64,000 bases of DNA from Podarcis gaigeae. Taxonomy: Eukaryota. This document shows positions 25,821 through 39,422 of the stretch, in pieces; the stretch's first letter is position 1, and each line of letters starts with the position of its first letter. Location of the stretch: NCBI GenBank assembly GCA_964106915.2, contig OZ066920.1. One strand, written 5' to 3'. A program made the position numbers and the translations under genes. Under the pieces are notes generated by a model. The model made no database searches. It was given only the letters and a program-made list of their open reading frames with translations, and was not told the origin of the DNA.

Positions 25821-25861
25821 TTGTCCAACAGTGACACTCTGAGTCCACATGGGGAACTGTA
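25821..25861 (-). promoter_or_regulatory. CSE / CTCF site, exon 5 (CACT variant)
   Basis: GGACTCAGAGTGTCACTGTTGGACAA. Confidence 0.8.
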
Positions 25862-27732
25862 TTTGCCATTTCAATAATGGTACATAGTATATAATTTCTA
25901 ATGTAGAGAACTGCTTTTAATTTACCCTTTACCATTGTTTTCAAGTTGTACCCCCCCCCCCCATGGATTGTTGATCAGACCTTATAGTTATTCACTCCAT
26001 TAAGAACTCTTTTCAGTATGCAGGTCAATGAGACCAGAGTTCCAAATTTCTTTCTTCCATGTTTAATGTGCATTAAAACAATCTAAATAATATTAGGAAA
26101 TTATCACAAGTGAATTTTTAATATGTATTCCCGTCAGAGGTTCAGCTTGTGTAATAATTTTAGGTTGACCCACACAGTGATGTGTGCATTTTATTAATGT
26201 GATCAAGAGAATTTGTCACTTGTATTTACAATAAGGAAAATCAACTTTTTAAAGCACTATTTTTGTCTGGTGTTCAAATACTGTAATCCCTAAATAATTC
26301 CCACTTTCTCTTAAACATCAAACAATTTTGTGGGAATCCAAGCATCCTCCCAGCATACTTTGCATTGTGCAATTCACACATTAGTAGAACTACAGGATAG
26401 TCCTTCAAGGACATTGCCAGAAATGGTCACCAAAACAACTCCCCCAAATTTCAGCACGTTACCATTCATTGTTTCCTTACAGGAACAAAAAAACCCCACA
26501 TGCCTCATAAACTGCATCAATTTTTGCCATTGTAGGGTGTTTACAACTCCAGCAATTATAGCATTTTTTAAAATAGAAAAATGCCAGCAAAATTTCACCA
26601 AAGAGCTCTTGAATCAAACCAGCTTACAGTTACATTACAAAGGAATAAATAAACTTGCAGTCATTTCCATTGATGTACCTATTGTAGGAGTGTGGAACTA
26701 CCTAGAAGAACACACTGTTGGCTGAAGCTGTTTTCATTCATTTTACAGAGAGAAGGCAACACATGACACCTTATCTGGGGTTCAAAATTCTAACTCTACC
26801 TTACACTAGAAATCTCAAAAGAGTAGAAAATGCAAATCCCCCCAAACCATTTGTTTGCTGCTGCTGTAGTTCAATAGCGGGTGAAGGTTGCAAGTTACAA
26901 AGGAGCATTATGCAACCAATCTTACAATACAATTGCTTGTAAATATATTTCCAGAGTCCCCTCACCATTGAATCTCCTCATTTTATCATACTAAAATATA
27001 CAAACAGCCAAAATATCTCAGCCAATAAAAGAGTTAAGTAAATTCATTATAACTTTTCTTTTAAAAAAAAAAAGTCTTGTGGCAATGAGAATCTCAGTAT
27101 CAGCTTATTGGTGGGCAGTTGGGTATGTAGTGGAAAGAAGTTATTGGTGGAAAGATGGGAATGAGAACTTGTCATAGGATACTAGGCCCTAGTTTTCATT
27201 GAGGCGGCATGACTAAAACTTATCAGTATCAAGGCAGGTGAGGGCTCACATTTATATACGTATTGATACAGGTTTTTTAAACCACCCACTATTTGGAAGT
27301 GTAATTAAAAAATGAAATAAAAGCCAAATGCAACATTCAAAGCTAAAACAATTTAGAATCAATCTCACAGGAACTCACCTACTGCACATGAAAATAGGAT
27401 GGCCCTAGCCTTCTCCTATACATCTCCTATACACGATAGTTTCACTATGTAGTGAACTATGTTTTTTTTATAGATGTGCACAAGATTCTGTGAGCCTCCA
27501 CCAGCAGTCCAAAGTAAGAGACAAAGACAGATCATCTGATGCATCAATATGAAGATTTGTTGAAAGAAGTTACTTCACAGAAGGATCACGTATAAAGTAA
27601 TAACTTTAGCTGAAAGTAATAGAAAGAAGACTGACATAGTTCTGAATATAATGAAAAAGCAGAGGCTGATGGGAAATATATTATAATATTAAGAAAACAA
27701 AATATTATGTTAAGCTAATATTGTTTGCTCAC

Positions 27733-30135
27733 CTGGACTACGATTAATCCTTCATTGTTCAAGTTTAAATCTTCACCAGGTAGGATAGGATCCTTTGCCT
27801 CACAAGCTTCTTTATTGCTCAGAGTATTGGAATAATTTGCCTTTCTGGAGTCTGTAGTGAGAGAGACCTCCTGGCAGTAGGAGTGCAGAAATGCTCGGAC
27901 TCCGTCAATCCCTACAAACTGTGAGATAGGAGCACCACTGAAATTCACACTCCCCGAATCAAGCAGCTGAGAATTTCTCCACCTGTGCAACTTGATGGCC
28001 AATAACACAAGGAGGAAGATGAGGAACAAGCAGGAGACAAAAGCCACTGCAAGGACCAGGTAGAAGGTGAGGTCAGATGGAGGCTCTACAGGAGCTGAGA
28101 TGCTGCTCAGGTCTGAGAGGATTGCAGGGATGGTGTCAGCCAGCACCACAGTTAGAGTGGCTGAAGCAGAGAGAGGTGGCTGCCCATTGTCCTTGACTAA
28201 AACCACCAGGCTTTGCTTGAGGGCATCTTTCTCCAGGAAGAAGCGGGCCGTCCTGATCTCTCCCGTGTGGAGCCCAAGAGTGAAGAGCCCTGGCTCGGTG
28301 GCCTTGATCAGCTGGTAGGAGAGCCAGGCATTCTGGCCAGAGTCCGCATCCACGGCCACCACCTTAGTGACCAGGTAGCCTGGCTCAGAGGAGCGAGGGG
28401 CCAGCTCTATCCCTGTGGAGCCATCAGTGGGAGGGGAGGGGTACAGGATTTGGGGAGCATTGTCATTCTGGTCCAGGATGAAGAGAGTCACTGAGACGTT
28501 AGAGCTGAGTGGTGGAGAACCTCCATCCTGAGCCTTTACACGGAACCGAATGTCTCGAAACTCTTCATAATCAAAGGAGGTCAGAGCATATATAACCCCC
28601 GTCTCAGAGTTAATGGACAGGTAGGAGGAGAGGCGGGAGTCACTTCTTTGGTCATCAGTGATGGAATATGTTATTCTGGCATTTTCTTCCCAGTCAAGAT
28701 CATTTGCTCTTAAGGAAGAGACCATGGCTCCTCTTTGGTTATTCTCAACAAAATAGAAAGTATAGTCTGTTTTTTCAAAGAGGGGTGGGTTGTCATTTGT
28801 GTCTAAAACATGAAGTGTGATAACTGTGACTGTAGAAAGAGGGGGGACTCCATGGTCAGTAACAGTGACAGTAATATTGAAGACTGACACCTGTTCCCTG
28901 TCAAGGGCACCATCAGTCACCAAACTGTAAAAGTTATCCATGGACTTCTTTAGCTGGAAAGGGAGGTTGCTAGGGATTGAACATGTGATTTCCCCATTGA
29001 TTCCAGAATCTCGGTCTTGGACATTTAAAATGGCAATTACCGTTTGGGATGGTGAACTTTCAAGTATAGTGTTGGTGGCAAAGGTAACTGATAATTCAGG
29101 TGCGTTGTCATTCAGATCCGTAACAGATAACACAACTTTTGATCTGTCACTCAGGCCTCCTCCATCTTTGGCTTGTATCTCAAATGCATATAAAGATGAT
29201 TCCTCATAATCAAGATTCCCAATAAGGATGATTTCCCCTGTTGTGGAATTTAACAGAAACATTTGGGTGTCTTGCTTTGTAATTTCTTGGAAAGAGTATT
29301 TAATGTCTCCATTGATTCCTTCATCCATATCAGTTGCTCTCAATGTCAAAAGTATGGACCACTTGGAGATATTCTCATTGATACTCACTTCATAGAGAGG
29401 TTGGCTGAAAACTGGTGCATTGTCATTTGCATCAATAACAACAATGTGGATTTGTAATGTGCCAGACCTGATAGGATCACCTCCATCAGTAGCTGTGAGA
29501 AGCAAATCGTAAGCTGATTGTTCCTCTCTGTCCAGTGAGTTTTCCAACACAAGTTCAACAAGTCTGGCACCATTTTCTTCTGTTTGCACATGCAAAGCAA
29601 AATGGCTACTGCCTGTGAGTTGATAGCTCTGCACTGAATTTATCCCCCAATCTGGATCTTGAGCTTTGGGTAGAGGGATCTGGAATGCAGGCATAGATGC
29701 CTCACTGATTTTCAGCTCCTGTTCCCATAGAGGGAAGTGGGGAGCATTATCATTTATATCCGTAATTTCCACTTCAATTCCATAAAGCTTCAATTTGCTT
29801 TCAACAAGAACCTGAAACTTTAACATACATTTCTCTGCCTCTCTGCAGATTTTCTCTCTATCTATTCTCTCAGATATCTGCAAATGGCCATTGTTGGCAT
29901 TCAAAGAAAAGTACTGAATCATACCTACAGGAGAAACAATGCGGAGTCCATGGTTTGGGAGCTGCTTGCCATCCACTCCCAGGTCCTTTGCAATATTCCC
30001 CACAGAAGAGCCTTTGTGCATCTCTTCTGGAATGGAGTAGTGGATCTGCCCAGAAACTGTCTTCCAAGAAAACATCATGAAAAGGCAATGGAAGATTCCC
30101 TTTCTGCACTTCCACAGCCTCTGAATTCCTTCCAT
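27733..30135 (-). CDS. PCDHGA: Protocadherin gamma A-like variable exon 6
   Basis: ORF 27715..30135; [10 protein letters not shown]; donor CAG|GTGAGC at 27733/27732. Confidence 0.93.
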
Positions 30136-30320
30136 TCTTGCAGCAGGTTAAAGACCCTTAGATTCTGGTTCAAAATATGCTGTATCCAATTTTTTCTAAG
30201 GAAAATGCACTTCCATTTCTTCTTTGCACTGACAAGCTGCTTGTTCCTTCAGATTTTTTGTGTTTGTGTTTAACGGAAAGGCAACTTCAGTTGGGTAGGA
30301 TTTCACATTTCTGCTCCATT

Positions 30321-30361
30321 CTGGTCAACAGTGACACCCAGAGGATCAAGCCCAGACTGCA
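30321..30361 (-). promoter_or_regulatory. CSE / CTCF site, exon 6 (CACT variant)
   Basis: TGCAGTCTG-N6-ATCCTCTGGGTGTCACTGTTGACCAG; good match to CTCF upstream module + core. Confidence 0.82.
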
Positions 30362-30823
30362 AAAACTTCAGATATAGCTAGGATAACTATTCTTTTCCCT
30401 TAGAATTTACCCACTAAGGATAAATAAGAGTGATGACTTTTGTTGCTGTAATCAAATTGAAAGGGAGCAGGAAAGACAAGTGTGTTTAGGGTTCCTGCCC
30501 TGCCCCATTACTGGAATTTCTGGAATAAATGTTATGGATCTTTCTCAGCAATGTTTTTGGCTGGCTTTTCTAAGGGAATATTCAATAGATTTTTTTCTTG
30601 ATGGAGAAACAACACTAGTAAACCACCAGGACATCCTTGTGACCTCTGGCACTTCACTCCTCTCAGCTCCTATTTTTTCATTCACATATCTAGGCTGTTC
30701 ATGTTCAAACTGAATTTTTATTTTTAGGTACGTGTTATATAAGCCCTACTTGGGCATACACTGTCCGTACATGAGCAAACACCTGAGGAGAAATAGTCCT
30801 TTCCAGTCCAGCATTTCATCTGT

Positions 30824-30993
30824 ACAAGGAGAAGGGGACGACAGAGGACGAGATGCTTGGACAGTGTTCTCGAAGCGACCAGCATGAGTCTGAGCAAACT
30901 GCGGGAGGCAGTGGAAGACAGGAGTGCCTGGCGTGCTCTGGTCCATGGGATCACGAAGAGTCAGACACGACTAAACGACTAAACAACAACAAC
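30824..30993 (+). mobile_element. BovB (RTE) LINE 3' end, rearranged copy
   Basis: GGAGAAGGGGACGACAGAGGACGAGATG...GGTCCATGGGATCACGAAGAGTCAGACACGACT followed by (AAC)n tail. Confidence 0.85.
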
Positions 30994-33607
30994 ACGTAAG
31001 CCCTATTTGGGCATACACTGTCCATACATGAGCAAACACCTGAGGAGAAATATGGAGTGCTTCTTAGTTCTTTCCTGTCCAGCATTTCATCTGTACACAA
31101 TCTAGATCCCTCCATGAATTTGAGGACCAAGGTCTGAGGTGGGGAGCTTACTCTACTTGTAGGGGCCCCACACATGATATGGAACTTTGCACCATCATAT
31201 TTTCTTTGCTTACACTTGAGGAGATTGTTCAAATAAGGCTGTACTGGGTAGGAGATGCACATCATGAATACTCCAGTTCAAATCAAACTTCAACCATGAG
31301 TTCATTAGTTGTCCTTGGGCAAGACTCCCTTCCTCCTATCTCTGGTTGAATTCACACAGCAGTTTCATCCGTTTCCCTGATGTTTCCCTAACTATTAATT
31401 TCTGCATTATATTTGAGTTTTCACATGGCATGAAATCCACTTCATTTCCATGTTATTTAATTGCAGGAAAAAATCCATTTGCTGCTCCGTTAAACCGGAA
31501 AATAGCAGGAGTAAAGTGATGAAATTTGGGGCTGTATACATGGGGGAATGAATACATGCACAGCTGTGGGTGGAATAGTGGCAATGTTATCCAATGATGT
31601 TCATTGTTGCGTCACACCATGCACACTGGTGTGAATGAAATTTAGTGGAACACGATACATTGCTCATATAATGATATGCTGATATATTGGTAAAAAATAT
31701 ACACATAACACAACTGGTACTGCAGCGTGAAAGGATCATTGGAAAACAGATTAGAGGCACTAGTGTTCTAGTCAGGAAAACTAATGCAATACTTGCCACA
31801 TCTAAATGCTGATCTATCTTTCTGGGTTATTGAAGAGTTACAAGGGAATGTATATCAACCATTTTCTACACTAAAGTGCTCTATAAACACCAAGTATGAC
31901 TGTACAGTGCAAAGAAGCCCATGTCCTCCTTAATGTATTGATCACATTGTGCCTAGAAGAAAATAAAGCCAAGACGAATGCTATTAAAGCCAATTATTAT
32001 TACTACACCACACCACATTCCAGAGATAAAAAGAAGCAGGGAGAAATTGGTGACACATGCAGTGGGGTGGAGCTGTGGAGCCACCCTCCAACACTAGTGT
32101 TGTTGCTGGGGCTTACCTGGTCAGGGCTGGGCTGACACAACTGTTTGGTTGGGGCTGTGCTGGTGCACCAGCAGCAGTGCTAAATGTTCCCACAGTTAAA
32201 AGCACATGACTCCAGCCTCACTCTGCCCCATCCAGGTAGGCAACAGTACGTAGGGGTTGGGGGGGTGAATTCACCAGCTGCCCACCACCATGCATGTCAC
32301 TACTGCAGGTGGGTAACTTTCAATGGCAGCGTATGAGCTCATGTATGACAATTGGTTGTCAAGCTCAGAACAAGCATGATTAAAAACTAGCATGTGGTGA
32401 CCTGTTAAACCTCCAGTCATCTTTCTTGGAGATCTTGATGCTCTTCTGCTTCTTGTTCTACAAAATCAGCAGGACTACTAAAACTGCTATACTGAATTTG
32501 CTGAATGCTTTCCCCCAAAAGACAGAAAATCAAGCATCCGATACACTATGCAATAACTATGCAATGCCATAAAAGTTTCTTTCAAAATTGGTCTTCATCT
32601 TTCACTACAGAATATGCACTGGCAACAAACTTTTTGACACATTAGGAGCAATCCAGCATTAATGTATATGAAGCAGCAGATACAGGGGTGTGCAGCTGTA
32701 TGTCCTGGCCAGATTGCCTTTCCATGGGAAAGCATTCCCAGCCAAAGAGGTGAGAGAGGGCATCTAACATTGTTATGACTCAATAGTCATTTGTCACCTA
32801 TGTTACTACATTATTAAAGCATGACTGGAGATATTATAGGTAGAAATACTAGCCACATGCACACTCAGCTACATACATACTGTTGACCACAACTGTTCCA
32901 ACTGGTCATAATTTCTAATCATAAATTGCAAATGCTCTTAGCTGTTTTGACTGTTATGCAAAGGGGAAAAGAGATTTTTGGGTTCATGATGCAGACATAT
33001 TTGAGTCAGCATATAGGTCAATACAGGGACCCCTGTTTTTCCCTATTGCTCATTGCCTGTGTTTTGTCTTTCTAGTATATGGTTTTTGGAGATGGGGAAT
33101 TAATGCATTTTATATATTTATTTATTTAAAATAATTATATAGTACCAGTCCCACACTCAAAGAGTATGTAGGTTGTGTATAATATTGATTTAAGACCATA
33201 TAAGCACCAGTTCAATGTAATAATATGCATAATAAAGTACAGTATATAATACTGTTGTCAGCAACTTAGTGGAGTTAAACACCGATGGCCAGCAAATACT
33301 TGGTCACATAGATACATCTTTAAGTTGATGAAAACACTGCACCGTACATTACTATTGAATTCAAAAGTGCAGACTGTTCCACCACAGAGAATGCCATCCT
33401 TATGATTTCCAGAACATGTACTGATGCAGGTAAGGAGACCACCAGGAATGCCTCCACTGAAGATCTTGGTGAATAGATGAATTGATATGAGAACAATCAT
33501 TATCTTGAACAATCTTGTGCTAATTTGTTTTAGAAAGGATGAGGTAAAATGTTGGAGAATTTAGGAGTGCTTCCTTAATATTTTTGTAACATATTGGGAC
33601 AGTCTCC

Positions 33608-33758
33608 TTTGGGAAGTTGTGGACTCTCCTTCCTTGGAGGTTTTTTTTTAGCAGAGGTTGTATGGCCATCTGCCATGGATGCTCTAGCTGAGATTCCTGC
33701 ATTGCAGTGGGGTGGACAAGACGACCCTTGGGTCCCTTGCAACTCTATGACTCCATGA
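33608..33758 (+). mobile_element. CR1 LINE 3' end remnant
   Basis: GTGGACTCTCCTTCCTTGGAGGTTTTT...GATTCCTGCATTGCAG...AACTCTATGACTCCATGA (degenerate ATTCTATG tail). Confidence 0.75.
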
Positions 33759-34668
33759 GAGAAAGTCTAATTGCACCACTCATTGATCAGATACAGGCTG
33801 TGCACGAGCTCTTTTCATTCTGCAACCAGCATGCAGTCACAGGACCTGAGGGGTGCTTGTACTATTGACAGCTTTCACCAATACTTCACCATATCATACA
33901 TTGGGCTTTTCCAATCAGACCTAACTTTGTATGAGCTTTAATTTGTTTTAATCTATTCTGTTGTGATTTAACCTTTCTGTGTGCTTTAAATTATGGCTGT
34001 CATTTTTAAATATTATTTTATTCATCTTTAATAATTTAACCATTTAACAATGTAAAACATTTATATACGCTCAATCTGAAAAATACAAAAACACAGATCT
34101 CCACTGTTCGTTTAAAACTTTCTTGTCTCAAACCACAAAATAGGCATTTTGTTCTGCCTTCAACCCTTTAATGTTCAATTTCCCTTCCCTTCTCCTTGAA
34201 GCCAAAAAGCAGCTCACACACTGAATGTAAATTATCACCAGCTGATGGACAAATCTCCCTCAGTTATAAATGGCTTTGGGGCAAGATGTAAATTCCTCAG
34301 CTCTCAAGTCACTTAACCCCCATCCGAGTTCCTAGGAGCTGACTGCTTCTTGGTCTCTTGAACATAGAAAACAGCTTTTTCAAAGCACCAGAGATTAATC
34401 CCTTGTTCACTCTTTTTTCCAAAATGAATATGGGAACCAAGACTTATATCTGGCTATCATCAATCACCATGTAATTATCTCTGTTGGCCAACCGCCAACA
34501 AAAGATATTCAATCCACTATTTCCTTCCCCACAAACATCCTAATATTTAGTTTAATAATAATAAGTTTGCCAATAAATAGAAAATTTTCAAACTTCTTGA
34601 AGAATATACAATGTAATATATTATGTCTGTTTTTAAAATAGCTACATATTCAATTTTAGTCATACTGC

Positions 34669-34698
34669 GAAGGAAGGAAAGAAGGAAGGAAGGAAGAA
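34669..34698 (+). repeat. Interrupted (GGAA)n microsatellite
   Basis: Direct reading. Confidence 0.85.
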
Positions 34699-35021
34699 TA
34701 AGCACCGTCTCCACTCAAACATGCTATGTCATCCTGTGGTCCGAGATTGTCACCCTAAGTCAGAATGCAAATGTGCATCTGGATAATTCTGACTGAGGCT
34801 CCCCCCAACTTGCAATTTTGCCCTTCAACAACTGCTAGAAGGCCCATTTCATTAGCTTGCTCTGCAGCAGTAGCAGCTCAGTATACTCCCTACCTACTTC
34901 CCTGATAACATGGCCTGAATTGTCTGGGTGCCAGTTTGATAACATCCATTATTTACAAATAAACACTCAAACAACTGATAACACACCTAATTGCACAAAA
35001 AGAAAATGCAATATAACTCAC

Positions 35022-37451
35022 CGTGCTGTCATTTTCCTTTTCAGAAATTAAATTGCCTCCACTGACCATCAAAGAAATGTCAGAGTTGCCATTGCAAAGG
35101 ATGTTCTCTGCTATTTGGACTGTGGGCTGCAGGAATGTCAGCTCATTCCTCCTGGATTCAGAGGACAGACAGACCTGGTAGGAATAAGGCAAAGTTCCGT
35201 CCTCATAGTTGGGTGGGAATATGGCACCAGCCTTTGAATGGGGGTCAGGAATAAAGCACTGAAGGAAAGTGGGGTTCCTTGACCTTCGAAGCTTCATCAG
35301 AATGGTCAGTATCACGGTCACCAGGAACAGAAAGGACACCAAGGTCAAGGCCAATACCAAATAAAACTGTAGATCAGACTGATACTCTGAGTCATTTGGT
35401 TGGGAGTTCATTTCTGGAAGAGCCTCCTGGAAGTTCTCAGCAAACACCAGGCTCAAAGTTGTGGTGGCTGAGAGAGGAGGATGCCCATTGTCCTTCACCA
35501 GGATGACCAGCCTCTGCTTCACTGCATCTCTCTCAAGTAATGCTCGGACTGTTTGCACCTCTCCTGTGTGGGAGCCAATGCTGAAGAGTGAGGGCTCTGT
35601 GGCCTGCAGGAGATGGAAGGAGAGCCAGGCATTGTGTCCCGAATCAGAGTCCACGGCCACCACCTTCGTCACCAGATAACCCGACTCAGCTGACCGAGGC
35701 ACCATCTCAAAGAAAGGTGAGCCCTCTGTTGATTGTGAGGGGTACAGGATCTGCGGAGCGTTATCATTTCGATCCAAAACACATACTGTCACTGTGGCAC
35801 TACTATTGAGTGGTGGAGAACCTCCATCTTGGGCCTTCACTTGAATCTGCAACTCCCTGAATTGCTCATAGTCAAAGGAGCGTTGGGCATAGATGATTCC
35901 GGTCTCAGAGTTAATGGAGACATAGGAGGAGAGAGGCAGATCCTTGATGTTGCTGTTAAGGATGGAGTAAGTGATTCTGGCATTGCGATCCAGATCTGGG
36001 TCAGAGGCCTTGACGTGGAAAATGGAAGCTCCAGATGGGTTGTTCTCTGGAACGTAGGCAGTGTAGGAAGATTTTTCAAAGGCTGGTGGGTTATCATTGA
36101 TATCTGAGATCTGTATAGATATGGTTTTGTGTGTGGAGAGTGGAGGTGTGCCTTTGTCTGTGGCTGTGATGGTAATATTATACTCAGGAGTCCTTTCTCT
36201 GTCAAGGGCACCATCTAAGAGGAGCTTGAAGTAATTATCCAAAGATGAGACTATAAGGAAAGGTACAAGTTCCTTCAGGTGACAAGTGACTTCTCCGTTA
36301 TCCCCAGAATCCCTGTCCTGAACTTTAATGAGAGCAATTACAGCTCCAGATGTGACACCTTCCGGAACTGGGCTGGACACGGAGGTAAGGATCACATCTG
36401 GAGCATTGTCATTCTCATCAAGAACCTCAATTTCCACTTTGCAATGTGCCGCCAATCCTCCTCCATCATTTGCCTGAATTATCATCACATAATACTGACT
36501 TTCTTCAAAATCAACACTTTCTATGAGTGTAACTGTTCCATCTCTGGGATCCAGATGAAATTTCTGCTCGGCTGTTTTTGGGATGTCACTGAAAGTGTAA
36601 GTGATCTCAGCATATGACCCTTCGTCACTGTCAGATGCTTTGACTTGAAGCACAGAGGTTCCTTTGGGTGCACTCTCCTTCAGGCTCACTTCATAGATTG
36701 CCTGGGTGAACACAGGGGCATTGTCATTAGCATCAAGAACTGTTACCAATATTTTGGCTGTTCCGGTTTTTGGAGGTTCTCCGCCATCCATGGCTGTAAG
36801 GACCATGTGGTGTGTGTGTTCCTTTTCCCTGTCCAGTTGTTTCAGCAATATTAACTCTGCATATTTGCCACCATCATTGCTGTTTTGAATTTCTAGTTTG
36901 AAATATGGAGTTGAGCTTAATTGATAATTCTGGAGGGAGTTTATTCCAATATCATAATCTTCAGCATTTCCAAGAGCAAATCGAGTTCCTGGCAGAGTAG
37001 ATTCACTAAATTTAAGCTCGATATTTTCATTCCGGAAATGTGGGGCATTATCATTGATGTCCTGGATAAAAATATTTACTTGGAAAATATTCAAAGGATT
37101 GTGTGCCACAACTTCTAATTTAAGGACACAAGTAGATGATTTACCACAAATCTCTTCCCGGTCTATCCTCTCATTCACATACAGGTTGCCATTTTGTTCA
37201 TTCAAATCAAAGAACTGCTTTTCTGAAGAAATACCAAGCTTGCGCTTTGACAGCTCTCTGACATCCAACCCCAGATCTTTAACAAGGTTCCCCACAAAGG
37301 AGCCCTGCTCTGCTTCCTCTGGAACTGAATACTGAACCTTCTCAGACACCACCTGGCAGCAGAACACAGACCAGAATATGAACAGAAACAGTACTTGCCT
37401 CTTTGTGATCTTCCTTGTTCTCTCTGCCTGCTTTACTTCCATCACATCCAT
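35022..37451 (-). CDS. PCDHGB: Protocadherin gamma B-like variable exon 7
   Basis: ORF 34953..37451; GTLPYSY; donor ACG|GTGAGT at 35022/35021. Confidence 0.93.
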
Positions 37452-37682
37452 TGCATTTCCCGATTTCTTCCTTCTTTCAGTAGAGTTTGCAAGACTCCCA
37501 GTACACTTATTTGAGATAATAGAAATGTTCTTCTTTTCAGCTGATCCTTGGGAAACTGAGAGCTTTCCTTTCTTGAGCAGCTTTTAAAATAAAAGCTTTT
37601 CCTTTCTGCTCCGCTGATGTGTTAAGAAAGAGAGAGACTGCTCCAAGAGTCTCAGAAATGCTGAGCCATGGCTGCTCCCACG

Positions 37683-37723
37683 TTGTCCAACAGTGACACA
37701 CTGAGTTCACATGGGGAACTGTA
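37683..37723 (-). promoter_or_regulatory. CSE / CTCF site, exon 7 (CACT, two extra core substitutions)
   Basis: GAACTCAGTGTGTCACTGTTGGACAA. Confidence 0.75.
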
Positions 37724-39087
37724 TTTGCCATTTCAATAATGGTACATAGTATATAATTTCTAATGTAGAGAACTGCTTTTAATTTACCCTTTACTATTGT
37801 TTTGACCCCCCTCAATGGATTACTGATCAGACCTTATAGTTATTCACTCCATAAGAGCTCTTTTCAGTATGCAGGTCAATGAGACCAGAGTTCCAGATTT
37901 CTTTCTTCCATCTTTAATGTGCATTAAAAAAATCTAAATAATATTAGGAAATCATCACAAGTGAATTTTTAAAACGTATTCCCGTCAGAGGTTCAGCTTG
38001 TGATAATTTTAGGTTGACCCACACAGTAATGTGTTTTCAGCCAGTACATTTAAACAAAATATATTTGTGAATAGGAAAATAGTGATGGGCCTTATACTAG
38101 TTCATATTTATTTTCCATTTAGCCCTGTATTGTTTCAACAGGCAGAGCCTTTCTCTGCTACTGATTAGAGAGGTGCTCAAAGGCAACTTCCAGTGTCATA
38201 TTTTAAAATATAGTTTTATTTTCTTAAATCATGTGCTACTTTGCAATGCCTTGGGCTTGAAAAAGAAATCATTACTGCATTTGTTTTGCAAGATATTTTT
38301 ATATGATGCTCAATGTGATCATCCAGTAATCTCCTGTCAAGAAGAGATGATATGTTTTTGCTACAATTTGAGGGCAGTAGTTGTGGGTGAGGAATATTTA
38401 TTTTCTACATCTTCTAAATTGGAAAGGTTTCCATAGGTAGACAAATCGTAATATCCAGTTGGTTCAATCCAAAAGCCATTCTTACTTTCTTTTTGTAGCT
38501 TTCCTTGAAACCCCCAACCTGAACAACTCAAGAGTTTTTTTGAGAACATAAAAAGTATGTATTAGGAAAGTGCAGACCAGTCAGTTTCAGTTCCCTCTGT
38601 TTCTCAGTTTTCTAATCTTAAATTCAGTTCTTGACATCTCTTCAGCAATTTGTGGTTTAAAAAGAGGTAACCTGGTGAAAATTAGGCAGAATACTATTTC
38701 TCAGGGAAAGCTCATGAGCTGTATTTTACTTGAGCTGTAAGCATACAACTATTCTCTATAGTTGGTGGATGGACTATTGTGGGATATTTGCTCAAGGTGG
38801 GATGGAAAGTCTCCTCACAGCCAGACTCCTGCCAGGCAGAGCCTGGCCACATCAATTATACCATTGTGTATTCACTTCTGTCCTCATGGAACACCTGTCA
38901 TCCCATGATGACTGCTGTTCTACCAAACATAGTTCTCTTCAAACAATCAGCAACACAGAGTGGGAGACGGTGCTGATTTCCCCCCTACATCATACACAAG
39001 AAGGGACATGTGAGACAAGTATTTTATGTATGATGCCTTCTTTAAGGAAATGTCCCCCTTTTTCAGAAGACAAGAATTATGCAAATA

Positions 39088-39422
39088 CAGTGGTGCCTCG
39101 CAAGACAAAAAGAATCCGTTCCGCGAGTCTCTTCGTCTAGCAGTTTTTTCGTCTTGCGAAGCAAGCCCATTGACGGCTTAGTGGATTGGTGCTATTAGGC
39201 TTTTAGCGGCTTATTGGTTTAGCAGATAAGCAGATAAGCGGCTTAGCGGCTTAGAAAAGGGGGGGGGGGGAGGAAAAAACCCCGCAGGAACTCGCAAGAC
39301 ATTTTCGTCTTGCGAAACAAGCCCATAGGAAATTTGTTTTGCGAAGCACCTCCAAAACGGAAAACCCTTTTGTCTAGCAGGTTTTCCGTCTTGCGAGGCA
39401 TTCGTCTTGCGGGGCACCACTG
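39088..39422. mobile_element. Tc1/mariner(Tigger)-type MITE
   Basis: TIRs CAGTGGTGCCTCGCAAGACAAA / CAGTGGTGCCCCGCAAGACGAA (reverse complement of right end), TA on both sides, CpG-rich. Confidence 0.88.

Larger units (their letters stand above)
18312..26180 (+). repeat. Segmental duplicate of 1..~7730 (gammaA 5' part + promoter + spacer + gammaB exon + promoter)
   Basis: Colinear near-identity including intergenic DNA; offsets 18311 to ~18445. Confidence 0.95.

Noticed and set aside
32055-32312. GC-richer block with possible CAGTRG termini (copy at ~45920-46175)
   Set aside because: Termini too short and no convincing TSD; cannot call an element
33280-33480. + strand peptide VDENTAPYITIEF...ENA faintly like a cadherin linker (inverted pseudo-exon?)
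   Set aside because: Preceded by an in-frame stop, no DRE or DxNDN motif, partly deleted in the paralog (~46820); compatible with chance. A TBLASTN/HMM cadherin search would settle it
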